DNA from: a virus
Lineage: Duplodnaviria; Heunggongvirae; Uroviricota; Caudoviricetes
IMG/VR virus record: IMGVR_UViG_3300033068_001142
Span: 1 to 48,261 of that record
Direction: 5' to 3' (one strand)
Length of the DNA: 48,261 bases
This document shows, one piece after another, positions 1 to 9,445 of this stretch (positions within the stretch are counted from its first letter, which is position 1; every line of letters begins with the position of its first letter). Position numbers and translations under genes: made by a program. The notes beneath the pieces are model-generated. The model was not told the DNA's origin. It did no database searches and was given only the letters and a program-made list of their open reading frames with translations.

Positions 1-501
1 GATGTATTGTACGTGAAGGATAGTGGTAATGGTGCATTGACTAAGGTAGTTCCTACTGATAGTCAAGTTAAATTGCCAGTAGCTATTGTGATTAGTTCTC
101 ATGCGACTAATGGGACATTGTTTGTTAGAGTTAACAGTATTGATGAAAATCATGCTAAGGTAGAACTAGCTAGTAAAGTAGATAAGAATGCAGCTATTAC
201 TGGCGGTACTGCTACAAAGGTTACTTATGATGCTAAGGGGTTAGTTACTAGTGGTACTACGTTGGTAGCTAGTGATATACCTAGTTTGGATGTTAGTAAA
301 TTAACGACTGGTGTACTGCCTGTTGCTAGGGGAGGTACTGGGACTAGTACTTCTACTGGGTCAGGAAATGTAGTGTTGAGTGCTAGTCCCATATTTACAG
401 GAACGCCAGTTGCACCTACTGCTAGTGTTGGCACTAGTACAACACAAATAGCGACTACAGGGTATGTGGTTGCTGAGATAAATAAAATAGAGGAGTGGTA
501 A
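1..501 (+). CDS. Tail fibre protein, C-terminal part (reading frame open from base 1, so probably 5'-truncated by the window)
   Basis: Fibre-type repeats KVTYDAKGLVTSG, LPVARGGTG, SPIFTGTPVAPTA..TQIATTGYV; stop overlaps next start (TAATG at 499-503). Confidence 0.75.
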   Translation, partial: DVLYVKDSGNGALTKVVPTDSQVKLPVAIVISSHATNGTLFVRVNSIDENHAKVELASKVDKNAAITGGTATKVTYDAKGLVTSGTTLVASDIPSLDVSKLTTGVLPVARGGTGTSTSTGSGNVVLSASPIFTGTPVAPTASVGTSTTQIATTGYVVAEINKIEEW

Positions 502-3476
502 TGAGGATAAATAAACACGACACAAATGGAACAAAACCCTTACTAGGTAAGGGTGAGTTAGGGTATGATGACTACGCTGCAGGTGGTGATGTAGGTAGAG
601 TGTATGTTGGTACGGGAAGTGAGAATATAGCATTAGCAGAAAGGCTTGAGTCTAATATGATGACAAAAGCTCAATTTAATGCTTTAGCTGAAGAACGAAA
701 AGCTAATAGAGCGGGGAGTGGGTTTGATGAGTTTGGTAAGCACGCAGTTTCTACTAATAATTACCCTAACATAAATGAAGGTATGTTCGTTTCTGTTTTA
801 AATAATGCAATATACAACGGTAATATAAAACTCGGATACACCGGTGTAGATAATACAGGTGTGTCAAAAACAAATTATCCAATTACAAATGTTAATGGCG
901 TTAGACACAGAGTCGATAATGGTGGAGCATCTAATAATATAACACTACCCACAGCACCAAACATATACCCACACGATACAGTTCTAACAGCAGAACAAAT
1001 CAATAGTGGTGTAATAAAACACGCAGATGCTAGTAATAGTGGGTTGATTGTTAATGGTAAGTTTGATACGGACACGAGTGGGTGGAACAACCTATCAACT
1101 GGCACAGGTAGTATTTTGTATTCTGGCGGTAGAGTACTACTTTCTGGTGCGGATGGTTCTAACAGAGGTGCTATCTCTCAAGTGATACCCACTGTTATTG
1201 GTAAAAAATATACAGCAGAGCTTAACATAGAAATAGTTTCAGGTTCACTTAGTCTATTTGGTACATCAGTAGGCTCTGGTGGAGTAACCGCATCAAATGG
1301 TAGAAATACGTATGAATTTACAGCTATTAATGCTTCTACTACAATACTATTCTACACAAGCTCTGCTTCTGGCTCTGCATATATAGACAACATAGCAGTA
1401 TATCCAGCAGATGCAATATCAAGAAGTGATTTAGTATTCCTAGAATCTTGGCATGAAGATGTAAGTGAAAAGAACTTTGTATATCCATTAGGAAATGTAC
1501 AATATCTAGGTGCTAACACAGATGGTTTAACTGGAATTACTAATGGTAATTTTACTGGATTTGAAACTTACTCGTTGTTCGGTAATTGGCAATCACCAAG
1601 TTCACTAATTGGTAAAGGTTATGTATGGAGTTCATTATCAGAGGCTCAAAAGAAGGCGTTTATATCTAATCCTGATAATAATTGCTATTTAGATGGGGAT
1701 AAAGTTATTCAAGTTAGATATAGAATGAGGGTTATACAAGGTGCTAGGGATACTTGGGCTACTGTAGACCCTCAAATGCCGGGCTCGTTTGAAGCTATGA
1801 GTAGCGTACGACTAGAACTTGTTGTAGCCGCAAAAGGTAAAAGAACATCTATTAATGATTTAATCTCTAATGTGACCGGAAGTAACGACCATCAAGTTTT
1901 CTGGAATGATTCTAGTACTCTATCAGGTCTAATAAATAAGAGTACTGGGGCGTTTAGTATTCCCTATACAACTACTGGAATAGCTTACGAAGGTAAATGT
2001 TTTGCACTTCCAATCGCTCTTGCGCAAAAACGTAACCAGGGAATGTACCATAATGTATATAATCCAAATGGTACAAAAGTAGCTTCAGATGGATTAGATT
2101 GTTTTAAAACGGCAGTAAGTTTCACGAGCATTAGTGATTGTTTTGACTCAGCGAAATTATTAACAGCAAGTGGATATATTGGAAGTGCTAGTGGTAGACC
2201 AGACGGATTATTCTATGACCAAGTACACGAAAGTGATATTTTAGATTTAAGAAATAGTAGTAAGAAAGTAGAAGATTACAATAGGTTAATTGGTAGAGAG
2301 TTTAATAAACTTGTTGCTGGAACTACAAGAGGTAAAGAGGGTGAAAGTGATATTGTAATGATAAGAACTTTTACTAAGACAAGTACATTCGGGCAAGACA
2401 ATAATCGTTTTTATTTTGGAATATCATCTGCTATATATCCTCAACAATCATTTTCACTGACAGAAAGCAATAGCTATTATCTATTGGGGAGTAATGGAAG
2501 TGTTTACTCTGTAAACCAAATCATAAATCAAAGTGCAACGGGAACATTGTATGTACCTTTTGGGACAACACAAGTTTATGTCCCGATTGATGGTAAAAAT
2601 ACAGCAGGAACAATGAATACTTTGTTTCCAGACGGTACAACAATAACTGTAATTGTAGCAAAAAGAACTACTAGAACAAAGTCAAACACTTTGCTACATT
2701 GTGACATTATCGGTAATCCAACTAATTACCCAACAGCTTGGAAAGAAAGTGGAGTATTTGGAACACCTCTAATTGTTGCAGAAGACGGGACAAGTTTACT
2801 ACCGGATGGTGTGAGAGATACATTCAAGCTAAGTAGAAAAGCAAATGCTACACCTTTATTATGTTTAAGAAGTACAGATAATGGTGTAACTTGGACAAGT
2901 TTTACTCCAACATTTAGCACAACAACTAATGCAATAACTTTAACAGATGAACCTGCTAATAATTTGGTAATGGTTTATTATCAAACAAAAACAAGTATGG
3001 CTGTTCCAGTTGTTAATAGTGAAGTACTAGAAATAGGCGACGTATTTGCAACTAGTTATTCTTCTCGTAGCCCATTGGTTAGTTCTCTAATTGAAAAAGT
3101 ACCAACTTATCAAGCCGGTATAGCAGGTGTTGTTCCTACACAGATATTAGGAAAACCTACTAATTATATTTTTAATTACTTAAGTAAGATAGAGAACACA
3201 GATGGTTACAGAGACGTACCACAACATAAATCAACAACCTTAACTCCGGTAACAACACCATCTATTAAAGTATTCCCATACCTAACAAGATTAAATGGAA
3301 AAGCTTACTTGAATTTAGTGTTTAAAGAAATGAAACATAATGGTACTTCTTGGGGAGATTCAAATAAATTTGAAATTGTAGATAAAGTTTCTACTACTAC
3401 GGATAACAATGCACAAACAGTATTGATAGGGCAAAAAACAGTAGAGTTACCATATTTTATAGCAGGAGATGAATGA
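501..3476 (+). CDS. Large tail fibre/receptor-binding protein with a CBM-like domain
   Basis: About 991 aa from ATG 501 (TAATG overlap); Gly/Ser/Thr/Asn-rich; NGKFDTDTSGW carbohydrate-binding-like motif; followed by a chaperone-like gene. Confidence 0.7.
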   Translation: MRINKHDTNGTKPLLGKGELGYDDYAAGGDVGRVYVGTGSENIALAERLESNMMTKAQFNALAEERKANRAGSGFDEFGKHAVSTNNYPNINEGMFVSVLNNAIYNGNIKLGYTGVDNTGVSKTNYPITNVNGVRHRVDNGGASNNITLPTAPNIYPHDTVLTAEQINSGVIKHADASNSGLIVNGKFDTDTSGWNNLSTGTGSILYSGGRVLLSGADGSNRGAISQVIPTVIGKKYTAELNIEIVSGSLSLFGTSVGSGGVTASNGRNTYEFTAINASTTILFYTSSASGSAYIDNIAVYPADAISRSDLVFLESWHEDVSEKNFVYPLGNVQYLGANTDGLTGITNGNFTGFETYSLFGNWQSPSSLIGKGYVWSSLSEAQKKAFISNPDNNCYLDGDKVIQVRYRMRVIQGARDTWATVDPQMPGSFEAMSSVRLELVVAAKGKRTSINDLISNVTGSNDHQVFWNDSSTLSGLINKSTGAFSIPYTTTGIAYEGKCFALPIALAQKRNQGMYHNVYNPNGTKVASDGLDCFKTAVSFTSISDCFDSAKLLTASGYIGSASGRPDGLFYDQVHESDILDLRNSSKKVEDYNRLIGREFNKLVAGTTRGKEGESDIVMIRTFTKTSTFGQDNNRFYFGISSAIYPQQSFSLTESNSYYLLGSNGSVYSVNQIINQSATGTLYVPFGTTQVYVPIDGKNTAGTMNTLFPDGTTITVIVAKRTTRTKSNTLLHCDIIGNPTNYPTAWKESGVFGTPLIVAEDGTSLLPDGVRDTFKLSRKANATPLLCLRSTDNGVTWTSFTPTFSTTTNAITLTDEPANNLVMVYYQTKTSMAVPVVNSEVLEIGDVFATSYSSRSPLVSSLIEKVPTYQAGIAGVVPTQILGKPTNYIFNYLSKIENTDGYRDVPQHKSTTLTPVTTPSIKVFPYLTRLNGKAYLNLVFKEMKHNGTSWGDSNKFEIVDKVSTTTDNNAQTVLIGQKTVELPYFIAGDE

Positions 3477-3871
3477 TGTATAAAACAGAAGATGAACTAA
3501 GAGAGGTTATCTCTCTTGGTAAACCAGAAGAAGTAATTAATATATTTCTTGAATCGTATTTACAAGGATTAGAGTTTGAGAAATGGAAAGAAGATAAAGA
3601 CCTTGAAGCAACTGAAGAAATAGTCGTAGGGCAAGATGAAGATGGTAGTGATATTGTTGAAACTAGACTTGTAAATGTTTACGAGCCAATTGATGTATCT
3701 GAACAGATGAAGCAATGGAAACTAGATAACTACCAAATACTTAGACAACCCCTCTATCCAAATATGGCAGAGTATGTTGATGCAGTAGTTAAGGGTGATA
3801 TAGAAGCACAAGAAAGATACATAGCTAAATGTTTAGACATAAAAGCCCGTTATCCAAAGGAGATGCAATGA
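3473..3871 (+). CDS. Tail fibre assembly/chaperone-like protein
   Basis: C-terminal LRQPLYPNMAEYVDAV...IKARYPK pattern typical of fibre chaperones; directly downstream of the fibre gene. Confidence 0.6.
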   Translation: MMYKTEDELREVISLGKPEEVINIFLESYLQGLEFEKWKEDKDLEATEEIVVGQDEDGSDIVETRLVNVYEPIDVSEQMKQWKLDNYQILRQPLYPNMAEYVDAVVKGDIEAQERYIAKCLDIKARYPKEMQ

Positions 3872-4248
3872 AGTTAGAAGAATTTAATTTAAAGTATGTG
3901 TATAAAACTGATAAAGATAAATTTGGTTTCATTGAAGTTTGGGAGGTCCCTGAGCTTCAAGATGGGAAGTATTATGGAGATTGTGAAAGCTATTGTCTTT
4001 TTCTAAAAAAGAATGTACCTGAATTTAAGGATTGGGATTTATACTTCTGCAAGATTAATGGAAATGGACATTGTATTTTGTACAAAGATGAGAATGTTAT
4101 AGACTGCAATATCAAAAGTGTTGCTAGTTTTAGTAACTATGGTAAGATTTATAGAGTTAGTGAGTTTAGTAAATATAATAAATTTACTATAGTGTCAAAA
4201 CTGTTAGTGTCAAAGGTGGTGTTATGGTTTCGATCTTTGATAGATTAA
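3868..4248 (+). CDS. Transglutaminase-like cysteine protease (BTLCP/LapG-like)
   Basis: WEVPE..GDCESY, GHCIL and VID give a Cys-His-Asp triad spaced as in BTLCP (GDCEDY..HAVL..LDN); start at ATG 3868 after AAGGAG. Confidence 0.6.
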   Translation: MKLEEFNLKYVYKTDKDKFGFIEVWEVPELQDGKYYGDCESYCLFLKKNVPEFKDWDLYFCKINGNGHCILYKDENVIDCNIKSVASFSNYGKIYRVSEFSKYNKFTIVSKLLVSKVVLWFRSLID

Positions 4249-4469
4249 GTAGTATGCCGAAGGATAAGTTGTTACATAGCTTTTATGGTACATTAATGTA
4301 CGCTGTAATAGCATTGGTTGATGTTACATTAGCTTTTGGTGTTACAGTACTAGTTGCTATAAGTAAAGAAGTACATGACTTTAAAGTTAAGGGCGAGTTT
4401 AGCTTGATGGATATTGGAGCTACGATTGGATTAGCTTTGGTATTGTGGGTAGGTAGTATATGGGTTTAA
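4224..4469 (+). CDS. Small multi-TM membrane protein (VanZ-like DKxxH motif)
   Basis: DKLLHSFYG followed by about three hydrophobic segments. Confidence 0.55.
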   Translation: MVSIFDRLSSMPKDKLLHSFYGTLMYAVIALVDVTLAFGVTVLVAISKEVHDFKVKGEFSLMDIGATIGLALVLWVGSIWV

Positions 4470-5155
4470 TGGATAAAATTTGTGATATGTTCTCACCATT
4501 TAGTGTATCTAGGCAGAAGGATATGTTGGGAGTTGTTAACGATATCGCTAGTGATGTGGCTGCTATTAAAAACTTGAATGAGACTAGGATTAAGAAAGTT
4601 AGGGACTATAAGAAGCAATTGGGAGAGTTGGAAGCTAAGAGGAAGGAAGAGCAGAGGTTGTTTACTTCTGTTATTGACCACCTTGATGATATGGTTTGGG
4701 CTAAGGATAAATTTGGTAGGTACATTATGGCTAATAAAGCTTTTAGGGAGAAGTTCTGTTATGGGATGACTTGGGATGAGCTTAAGGGTAGAACTGATGT
4801 AGAAATAGCTACTGAGTTTAAGAGAAGAGTAGGTAATGATAACCATACGTTTGGTGAGGTTTGTGCTAACTCTGATGAAGTGATACTGAAGACTAATCAA
4901 GCAAGAGAGTTTTTAGAGTACGGTAATATTAATGGTAAGCTTGTTAAGTTGATTGTTAATAAGTCACCTGTATATGATGGGGATGGTGTGTTGTTTGCTA
5001 CTGCTGGTAGCGGTAGGGATGTTACGTGGTTACATGATAAATTGGAGAAAGCTTTGAACTTTTGTTCCTCGTGTAAAGATACTGAGTCATATGATGTGTT
5101 AGACCAGTTGTTTAAAGAAATAGAGTTTAAGGAAGGGGATCATGCAAGAGTTTGA
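4460..5155 (+). CDS. Stand-alone PAS-domain protein with N-terminal coiled coil
   Basis: SVIDHLDDMVWAKDKFGRYIMANKAF...ELKGRTD...NKSPVYDGDGVLFATAGSGRDVT is a canonical PAS/PAC signature; no kinase, GGDEF or HTH output domain. Confidence 0.85.
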   Translation: MGLMDKICDMFSPFSVSRQKDMLGVVNDIASDVAAIKNLNETRIKKVRDYKKQLGELEAKRKEEQRLFTSVIDHLDDMVWAKDKFGRYIMANKAFREKFCYGMTWDELKGRTDVEIATEFKRRVGNDNHTFGEVCANSDEVILKTNQAREFLEYGNINGKLVKLIVNKSPVYDGDGVLFATAGSGRDVTWLHDKLEKALNFCSSCKDTESYDVLDQLFKEIEFKEGDHARV

Positions 5156-5471
5156 TGGTAGAATAGTTGAGTATAGAGTTGAGCAGCTAGAGAAACAGAA
5201 TAGCAAGATTGTTGATACTGTTGAAAAAGTGGCTGAAAATAATGATAAGATGTTTACTAGTATTGAGTTGATTAAGCAGAGAATTGGAATCTACTTGATA
5301 ATAGGAGGTTTGATTTACAATACTGCGTTGGCTTTAGCTTTACACTTTTTAGGTAATGATGAAAAGTATAATGAGAATGATAAGAGAATGTACTACGAAA
5401 GTAGGGTTCAGGAGTCTGAGACTATTAAGCAGCTAAGAGACGAAATAGCTAGATTAAAGGCTGGAAGATGA
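5142..5471 (+). CDS. Single-TM coiled-coil protein (holin/antiholin or hemolysin XhlA-like)
   Basis: YRVEQLEK coiled coil, one TM (IGIYLIIGGLIYNTALALALHFL), lysis-cassette position. Confidence 0.5.
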   Translation: MQEFDGRIVEYRVEQLEKQNSKIVDTVEKVAENNDKMFTSIELIKQRIGIYLIIGGLIYNTALALALHFLGNDEKYNENDKRMYYESRVQESETIKQLRDEIARLKAGR

Positions 5472-5535
5472 GTAAGGCGTTAAGGCTTACTCTTCAGCTG
5501 GTAGAGGCTATTAGGGCAGAGGATATTAAAAGGAG

Positions 5536-5754
5536 TTGTTAGTGAGAAGGTTTATAGAATGGTTAGAAGCTGACAAGAAAAGAACTAGGAAGGTACTAGC
5601 TTTGTTTACTGCTGCTACTTGGTTGCTAGCTATTATGTGTAGTTATGGTATGCTTGTGTGGGGGTTTAGTACTATTGAAATTTTGAGTCTTGTTACAGCA
5701 CAGTTTGCTGCTGTTATCGGGTTTTACATGGTTAGTAATGCGGAGAGTGATTAA
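5536..5754 (+). CDS. Putative class II holin (2 TM)
   Basis: Basic N-terminus (KKRTRK) and two TM helices; AGGAG at 5531 with TTG 5536 or GTG 5542 start; upstream of spanins and endolysin. Confidence 0.6.
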   Translation: MLVRRFIEWLEADKKRTRKVLALFTAATWLLAIMCSYGMLVWGFSTIEILSLVTAQFAAVIGFYMVSNAESD

Positions 5755-6107
5755 TGGTTGAGAAAATATTGTATGGTGTAGTAGTTGCTATGGGTATTAC
5801 CATTGTAGGTATGTGGATTGATAATACTAGGTTAGAAGGTAAAGTTAGTAGTTTGAATGTTGATTTAGTGGTTAGTAAAACTAATGAGCTTACGTTGGGT
5901 AGTGTAATTAAAAGACAGAATGATGCTATTAGTGAGTTTGAGGTTGATAAAGCTAAAAGAGAGCAGGAATATACTGAGTTGTTAAGTCAGCCTGAAAAGG
6001 TTAGGTTTGAGAAGGTGTATGTTAAGGTTCCAAGTATAGAGGTGAAAAGTGATGAATGTAAAGATATTAAAAAGCTTATTGATGATATTCGTAATGCTGG
6101 TTATTAG
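5754..6107 (+). CDS. i-spanin (Rz-like)
   Basis: N-terminal TM then coiled coil; overlapped by a lipoprotein gene. Confidence 0.75.
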   Translation: MVEKILYGVVVAMGITIVGMWIDNTRLEGKVSSLNVDLVVSKTNELTLGSVIKRQNDAISEFEVDKAKREQEYTELLSQPEKVRFEKVYVKVPSIEVKSDECKDIKKLIDDIRNAGY

Positions 6108-6279
6108 TGGATGTACTGAGAAGGTGTTTGTTGATAGGCCGGTAGAAGTTAAAGTTCCTGTTAAGTGTAAAGTTCCTGAGGTCAAATGTTTTCCTAGGCA
6201 AAATACTTACACTGAAGAGATTAAGGAGTTGAGGATGTGTGTTGAGAGACATAAACAAGCAGCGGAGGTATGTAAGTAA
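6052..6279 (+). CDS. o-spanin lipoprotein (Rz1-like)
   Basis: Signal peptide with lipobox ISG-C; VPVKCKVPEVKC Pro/Cys motif; overlaps the i-spanin 3' end; GAGGTG RBS. Confidence 0.8.
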   Translation: MNVKILKSLLMIFVMLVISGCTEKVFVDRPVEVKVPVKCKVPEVKCFPRQNTYTEEIKELRMCVERHKQAAEVCK

Positions 6280-6833
6280 TGGCAGATATTAGAGTTGCGT
6301 TTGATAAGATGCTGAAGTTGGAATTTAATAGTCCAGCTAATGCTTTACACTTTAATGAGGGAGAGAATGGGTATACCTTTATGGGAATATATGAGTATGC
6401 TCATCCTATGTGGAGTGGTTGGGAAATAGTGCATGCGGTGTTAGCTAAGGAGAAGAGTTTAGCTAAAGCTAGTGTGGTACTGTATTTTAATACAGAGTTG
6501 AAAAATGCTGTTTTGGAGTTTTACAAGAAAAGCTTTTGGGATAAGATGAGGCTTAGTGAAGTTAGGTCACAGAATACCGCTGAAGAGGTGTTTGTTTTTG
6601 GGGTTAATGCAGGAATCAGTAAGGCAATCAAGTTAGCACAGAAGGTAGTTGGGGTTAGTGTTGATGGTGTTATTGGTAGTAAGACTTTAGAGGCACTGAA
6701 CAAGTTTGATGAAGTTGAGTTTAGTGCTAGGTATGATGTGGAAGAGATTAAGTACTATGAAGGATTAGTTGCTGGTAATAGTAACTTTAGGAAGTATCTG
6801 ACTGGATGGAAAAATAGGGCAGTAGCGATTTAA
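6279..6833 (+). CDS. Endolysin, glycosyl hydrolase 108 / TtsA-like with C-terminal peptidoglycan-binding domain
   Basis: LEF..N.GENGYTFMGIY, FVFGVNAG..AIKLAQKVVGVSVDGVIGSKTL, YLTGWKNR. Confidence 0.85.
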   Translation: MADIRVAFDKMLKLEFNSPANALHFNEGENGYTFMGIYEYAHPMWSGWEIVHAVLAKEKSLAKASVVLYFNTELKNAVLEFYKKSFWDKMRLSEVRSQNTAEEVFVFGVNAGISKAIKLAQKVVGVSVDGVIGSKTLEALNKFDEVEFSARYDVEEIKYYEGLVAGNSNFRKYLTGWKNRAVAI

Positions 6834-6863
6834 GCTAAGGTTAAAGTCTATTGAGGTATAATA
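6829..6863 (+). promoter_or_regulatory. Predicted host sigma70-type late promoter upstream of portal
   Basis: TATAAT at 6857-6862 with upstream TTAAG/TTAAAG tracts, in an intergenic gap. Confidence 0.55.
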
Positions 6864-6888
6864 GAGGTAAATTAAAATAGGACGTGTA

Positions 6889-8904
6889 ATGAAGATAAAT
6901 AAAAAGCAAATATTAGACGCCTTGAAAGCTGACTTAAAAGCATCTGATCAAATGAGGTTGGAGTGGTTTAATAAGATACAGGAGTGGAAGAACGAGACTA
7001 GTGGACAGCCTTATGGTAATGAGGTTAATGGTAAGTCTAGGATTGTTAGTAAAGACATAAAGAAACAACTAGAATGGATGTTACCTACTCTAGCTGATCC
7101 TTTTTTGAGTACTCCTGATATTATTAAATGTAACCCTATTACGTATGAGGATGTTGAAGCAGCTAGGCAAAATGAGATTTTGTTAAATACTCAATTTTGT
7201 AGAAAGTTTCCAAGGTATAATTTTATTATGAAGAGTTTGAAGGTCTTAGCTACTGAAGGTACGTTAGTTGTTCAGACTGGTTGGGATTATGAAGATGCTG
7301 AAATTGAGACAATGGTGGAGACTGTTGTTAGTGATGGGATTACTGGTGAAGAGTTTATTACTTTAGCTAAGCAAGTAAATACGGTGGTTAAGAAGAATCA
7401 ACCTACTGCTGTTGTTTGTAGGAATGAGGATATCTTTATGGATCCTACTTGTATGGATGATATTGATAAGTGTCAGTTTGTAATACACAGGTATGAGACT
7501 GACTTAAGTACTTTAAAGTCTGATGGTAGATATAAGAACTTAGATAAAATTACAGCTGAAGGTCATAATAGGGATTATGGGTTTTACCCTGAAGATAAGA
7601 CTTACTTTAACTTTGCTGATGATGCTAGAAAGAAGCTAGTTGTTTATGAGTATTGGGGTAACTATGATGTTAATGATGATGGAATTGCTGAACCAATTGT
7701 ATGTGCATGGGTTGGTAATACTATTATTAGGTTACAGAGTAATCCGTATCCAGATAAGAAGCCACCGTTTATAATTGTACCGTTTAATGCTGTACCGTTT
7801 CAAATGCACGGAGAAAGCTTAGCTTCAGTAATAGGTGATAATCAGAAAGTTAAAACAGCTATTATTAGAGGTGTAATTGACAATATGGCTCAAAGTAATA
7901 ATGGTCAGATTGGTCTTAAGAAAGGTGCTTTAGATATGGCTAATAGGAAGAAGTTCCTAGCTGGTAAGAATTTTGAGTATAATGGAATGCCTAGTGACTT
8001 TTGGCAGGGTAGTTATAATCAAATACCTGGAAGTGCTTTTGATATGTTGAGTATTATGAATAATGAGATTGAAAGTCAAACTGGAGTTAAGAGCTTTAGT
8101 GGTGGGATTAATGCTAGTGCTTTAGGCAGTACGGCGACTGGTGCTAGAGGAGCTTTAGATGCTACTGCAACTAGGAGAATGAGCTTAGTTAGAAATGTGG
8201 CTGAGAACTTGATTAAACCGTTAATGAGAAAGTGGATGGCTTACAACTCAGAGTTTTTAGAGGAAGAAGAGGTTATTAGAATAACTAACGATGAGTTTGT
8301 CCCTATTAGGAGAGACGATTTAGATGGGAATATTGATATTGATATTAGTATCAGTACTGCTGAGGATAATAGTGCAAAAGCACAAGAGTTGAGCTTCTTG
8401 TTACAGACTATGGGACCTAATCAAGACTTTGAGTTGAATAAGATGTTAATGGCAGAAATTGCTAGATTAAGTAGAATGCCGCAGCTAGAAAAACAGATTA
8501 AAGCATTCCAACCACAACCAGACCCAATGGCTGAACAGTTGAAACAGGTTGAGATGATGAAGCTTCAATTAGAGATTGAGCTGATGAAGGCTGAGATTAG
8601 AGATAAGAATGCTAGAGCAGGTGAGAATGAAATTGATGCTCAAGTAAAATTGGCTAAAGCTAAAGTGGAAGAAGCTAAGGCTAGAAAGCTTGGAAGTGAA
8701 GCTGATAACATGGATTTAGATTTCCTTATGAAAAATGAAGGTGCTGATAAAGTGGATAATTCAGAGAGTGAGTTTGCTAAGTATATGTTAGATAGAGAGT
8801 ATAAGCTTGAAGATGATGAGTTTAATAGACGGCATGAGTTAGATAAGTTAGCTTTAAAAGGTATGATGGATATGGAAAAAACTAGAAAAGTTGGAGGTAA
8901 GTAA
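6889..8904 (+). CDS. Portal protein (N4 gp59-like)
   Basis: LKADL..W..GKSRIVSKDIKKQLEW..L.DPFL..P.TYED..ARQNE.LLN.QF matches the recalled N4 portal N-terminus; 671 aa. Confidence 0.92.
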   Translation: MKINKKQILDALKADLKASDQMRLEWFNKIQEWKNETSGQPYGNEVNGKSRIVSKDIKKQLEWMLPTLADPFLSTPDIIKCNPITYEDVEAARQNEILLNTQFCRKFPRYNFIMKSLKVLATEGTLVVQTGWDYEDAEIETMVETVVSDGITGEEFITLAKQVNTVVKKNQPTAVVCRNEDIFMDPTCMDDIDKCQFVIHRYETDLSTLKSDGRYKNLDKITAEGHNRDYGFYPEDKTYFNFADDARKKLVVYEYWGNYDVNDDGIAEPIVCAWVGNTIIRLQSNPYPDKKPPFIIVPFNAVPFQMHGESLASVIGDNQKVKTAIIRGVIDNMAQSNNGQIGLKKGALDMANRKKFLAGKNFEYNGMPSDFWQGSYNQIPGSAFDMLSIMNNEIESQTGVKSFSGGINASALGSTATGARGALDATATRRMSLVRNVAENLIKPLMRKWMAYNSEFLEEEEVIRITNDEFVPIRRDDLDGNIDIDISISTAEDNSAKAQELSFLLQTMGPNQDFELNKMLMAEIARLSRMPQLEKQIKAFQPQPDPMAEQLKQVEMMKLQLEIELMKAEIRDKNARAGENEIDAQVKLAKAKVEEAKARKLGSEADNMDLDFLMKNEGADKVDNSESEFAKYMLDREYKLEDDEFNRRHELDKLALKGMMDMEKTRKVGGK

Positions 8905-9227
8905 TGGGATATATTGAAGAGTTAGCAGCTAGAGAAGCTGCTAGACAAGAGGCGAATAGAGGTAAGCAGTTTGAAGCTAGTAGGGTGTTGAACCAAGGAA
9001 ATCCAGGGTTAGCTGCTATGTCAGTTAATGGCTACTCTCAAGATGGTTTAAGTGATAGAGATGCTATGATGATGGCTCAGCAAAATGCTATTAAGGAGAG
9101 AGCTTACTTAAGAGATTTGGAAGCTATGAGAAATGCTAAGGTGAATAATAGTAAAATTGACCCTAGCTACTGGGATGCTGCACAACGTTCTAGTGACTAT
9201 GAGTTAGCTCAGAGGTACGGGAGATGA
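8904..9227 (+). CDS. Hypothetical protein with GLAAMS motif
   Basis: 107-aa ORF coupled by TAATG overlap; Cys-free. Confidence 0.7.
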   Translation: MGYIEELAAREAARQEANRGKQFEASRVLNQGNPGLAAMSVNGYSQDGLSDRDAMMMAQQNAIKERAYLRDLEAMRNAKVNNSKIDPSYWDAAQRSSDYELAQRYGR

Positions 9228-9445
9228 ATGAGAAAGGATTAGCAGCAATGTCTGCACCTTCTCAGATAACTGTTGAGCAAGTAGTTGATATGTTAATGAA
9301 AGGTATAACACCTGATGAGATTATGGCTAAAGGTGTTGATGTTGAAGTAATTGAAGAAGCTATTGAGTTTTTGATGTCTGAGCAAGAGCCTGTTAAGCAG
9401 GAAGGTGGGTTAGCATCAATGGTTACTGCAGGTGGTAATATCTAA
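9224..9445 (+). CDS. Hypothetical acidic protein with GLAAMS and GLASM motifs
   Basis: 73-aa ORF with ATGA overlap. Confidence 0.7.
   Translation: MNEKGLAAMSAPSQITVEQVVDMLMKGITPDEIMAKGVDVEVIEEAIEFLMSEQEPVKQEGGLASMVTAGGNI

Noticed and set aside
5468-5542. 24-aa ORF MSKALRLTLQLVEAIRAEDIKRSC between the TM coiled-coil gene and the holin
   Set aside because: ATGA-coupled but no recognisable motif; may be a spacer or a frameshift relic; too weak to call
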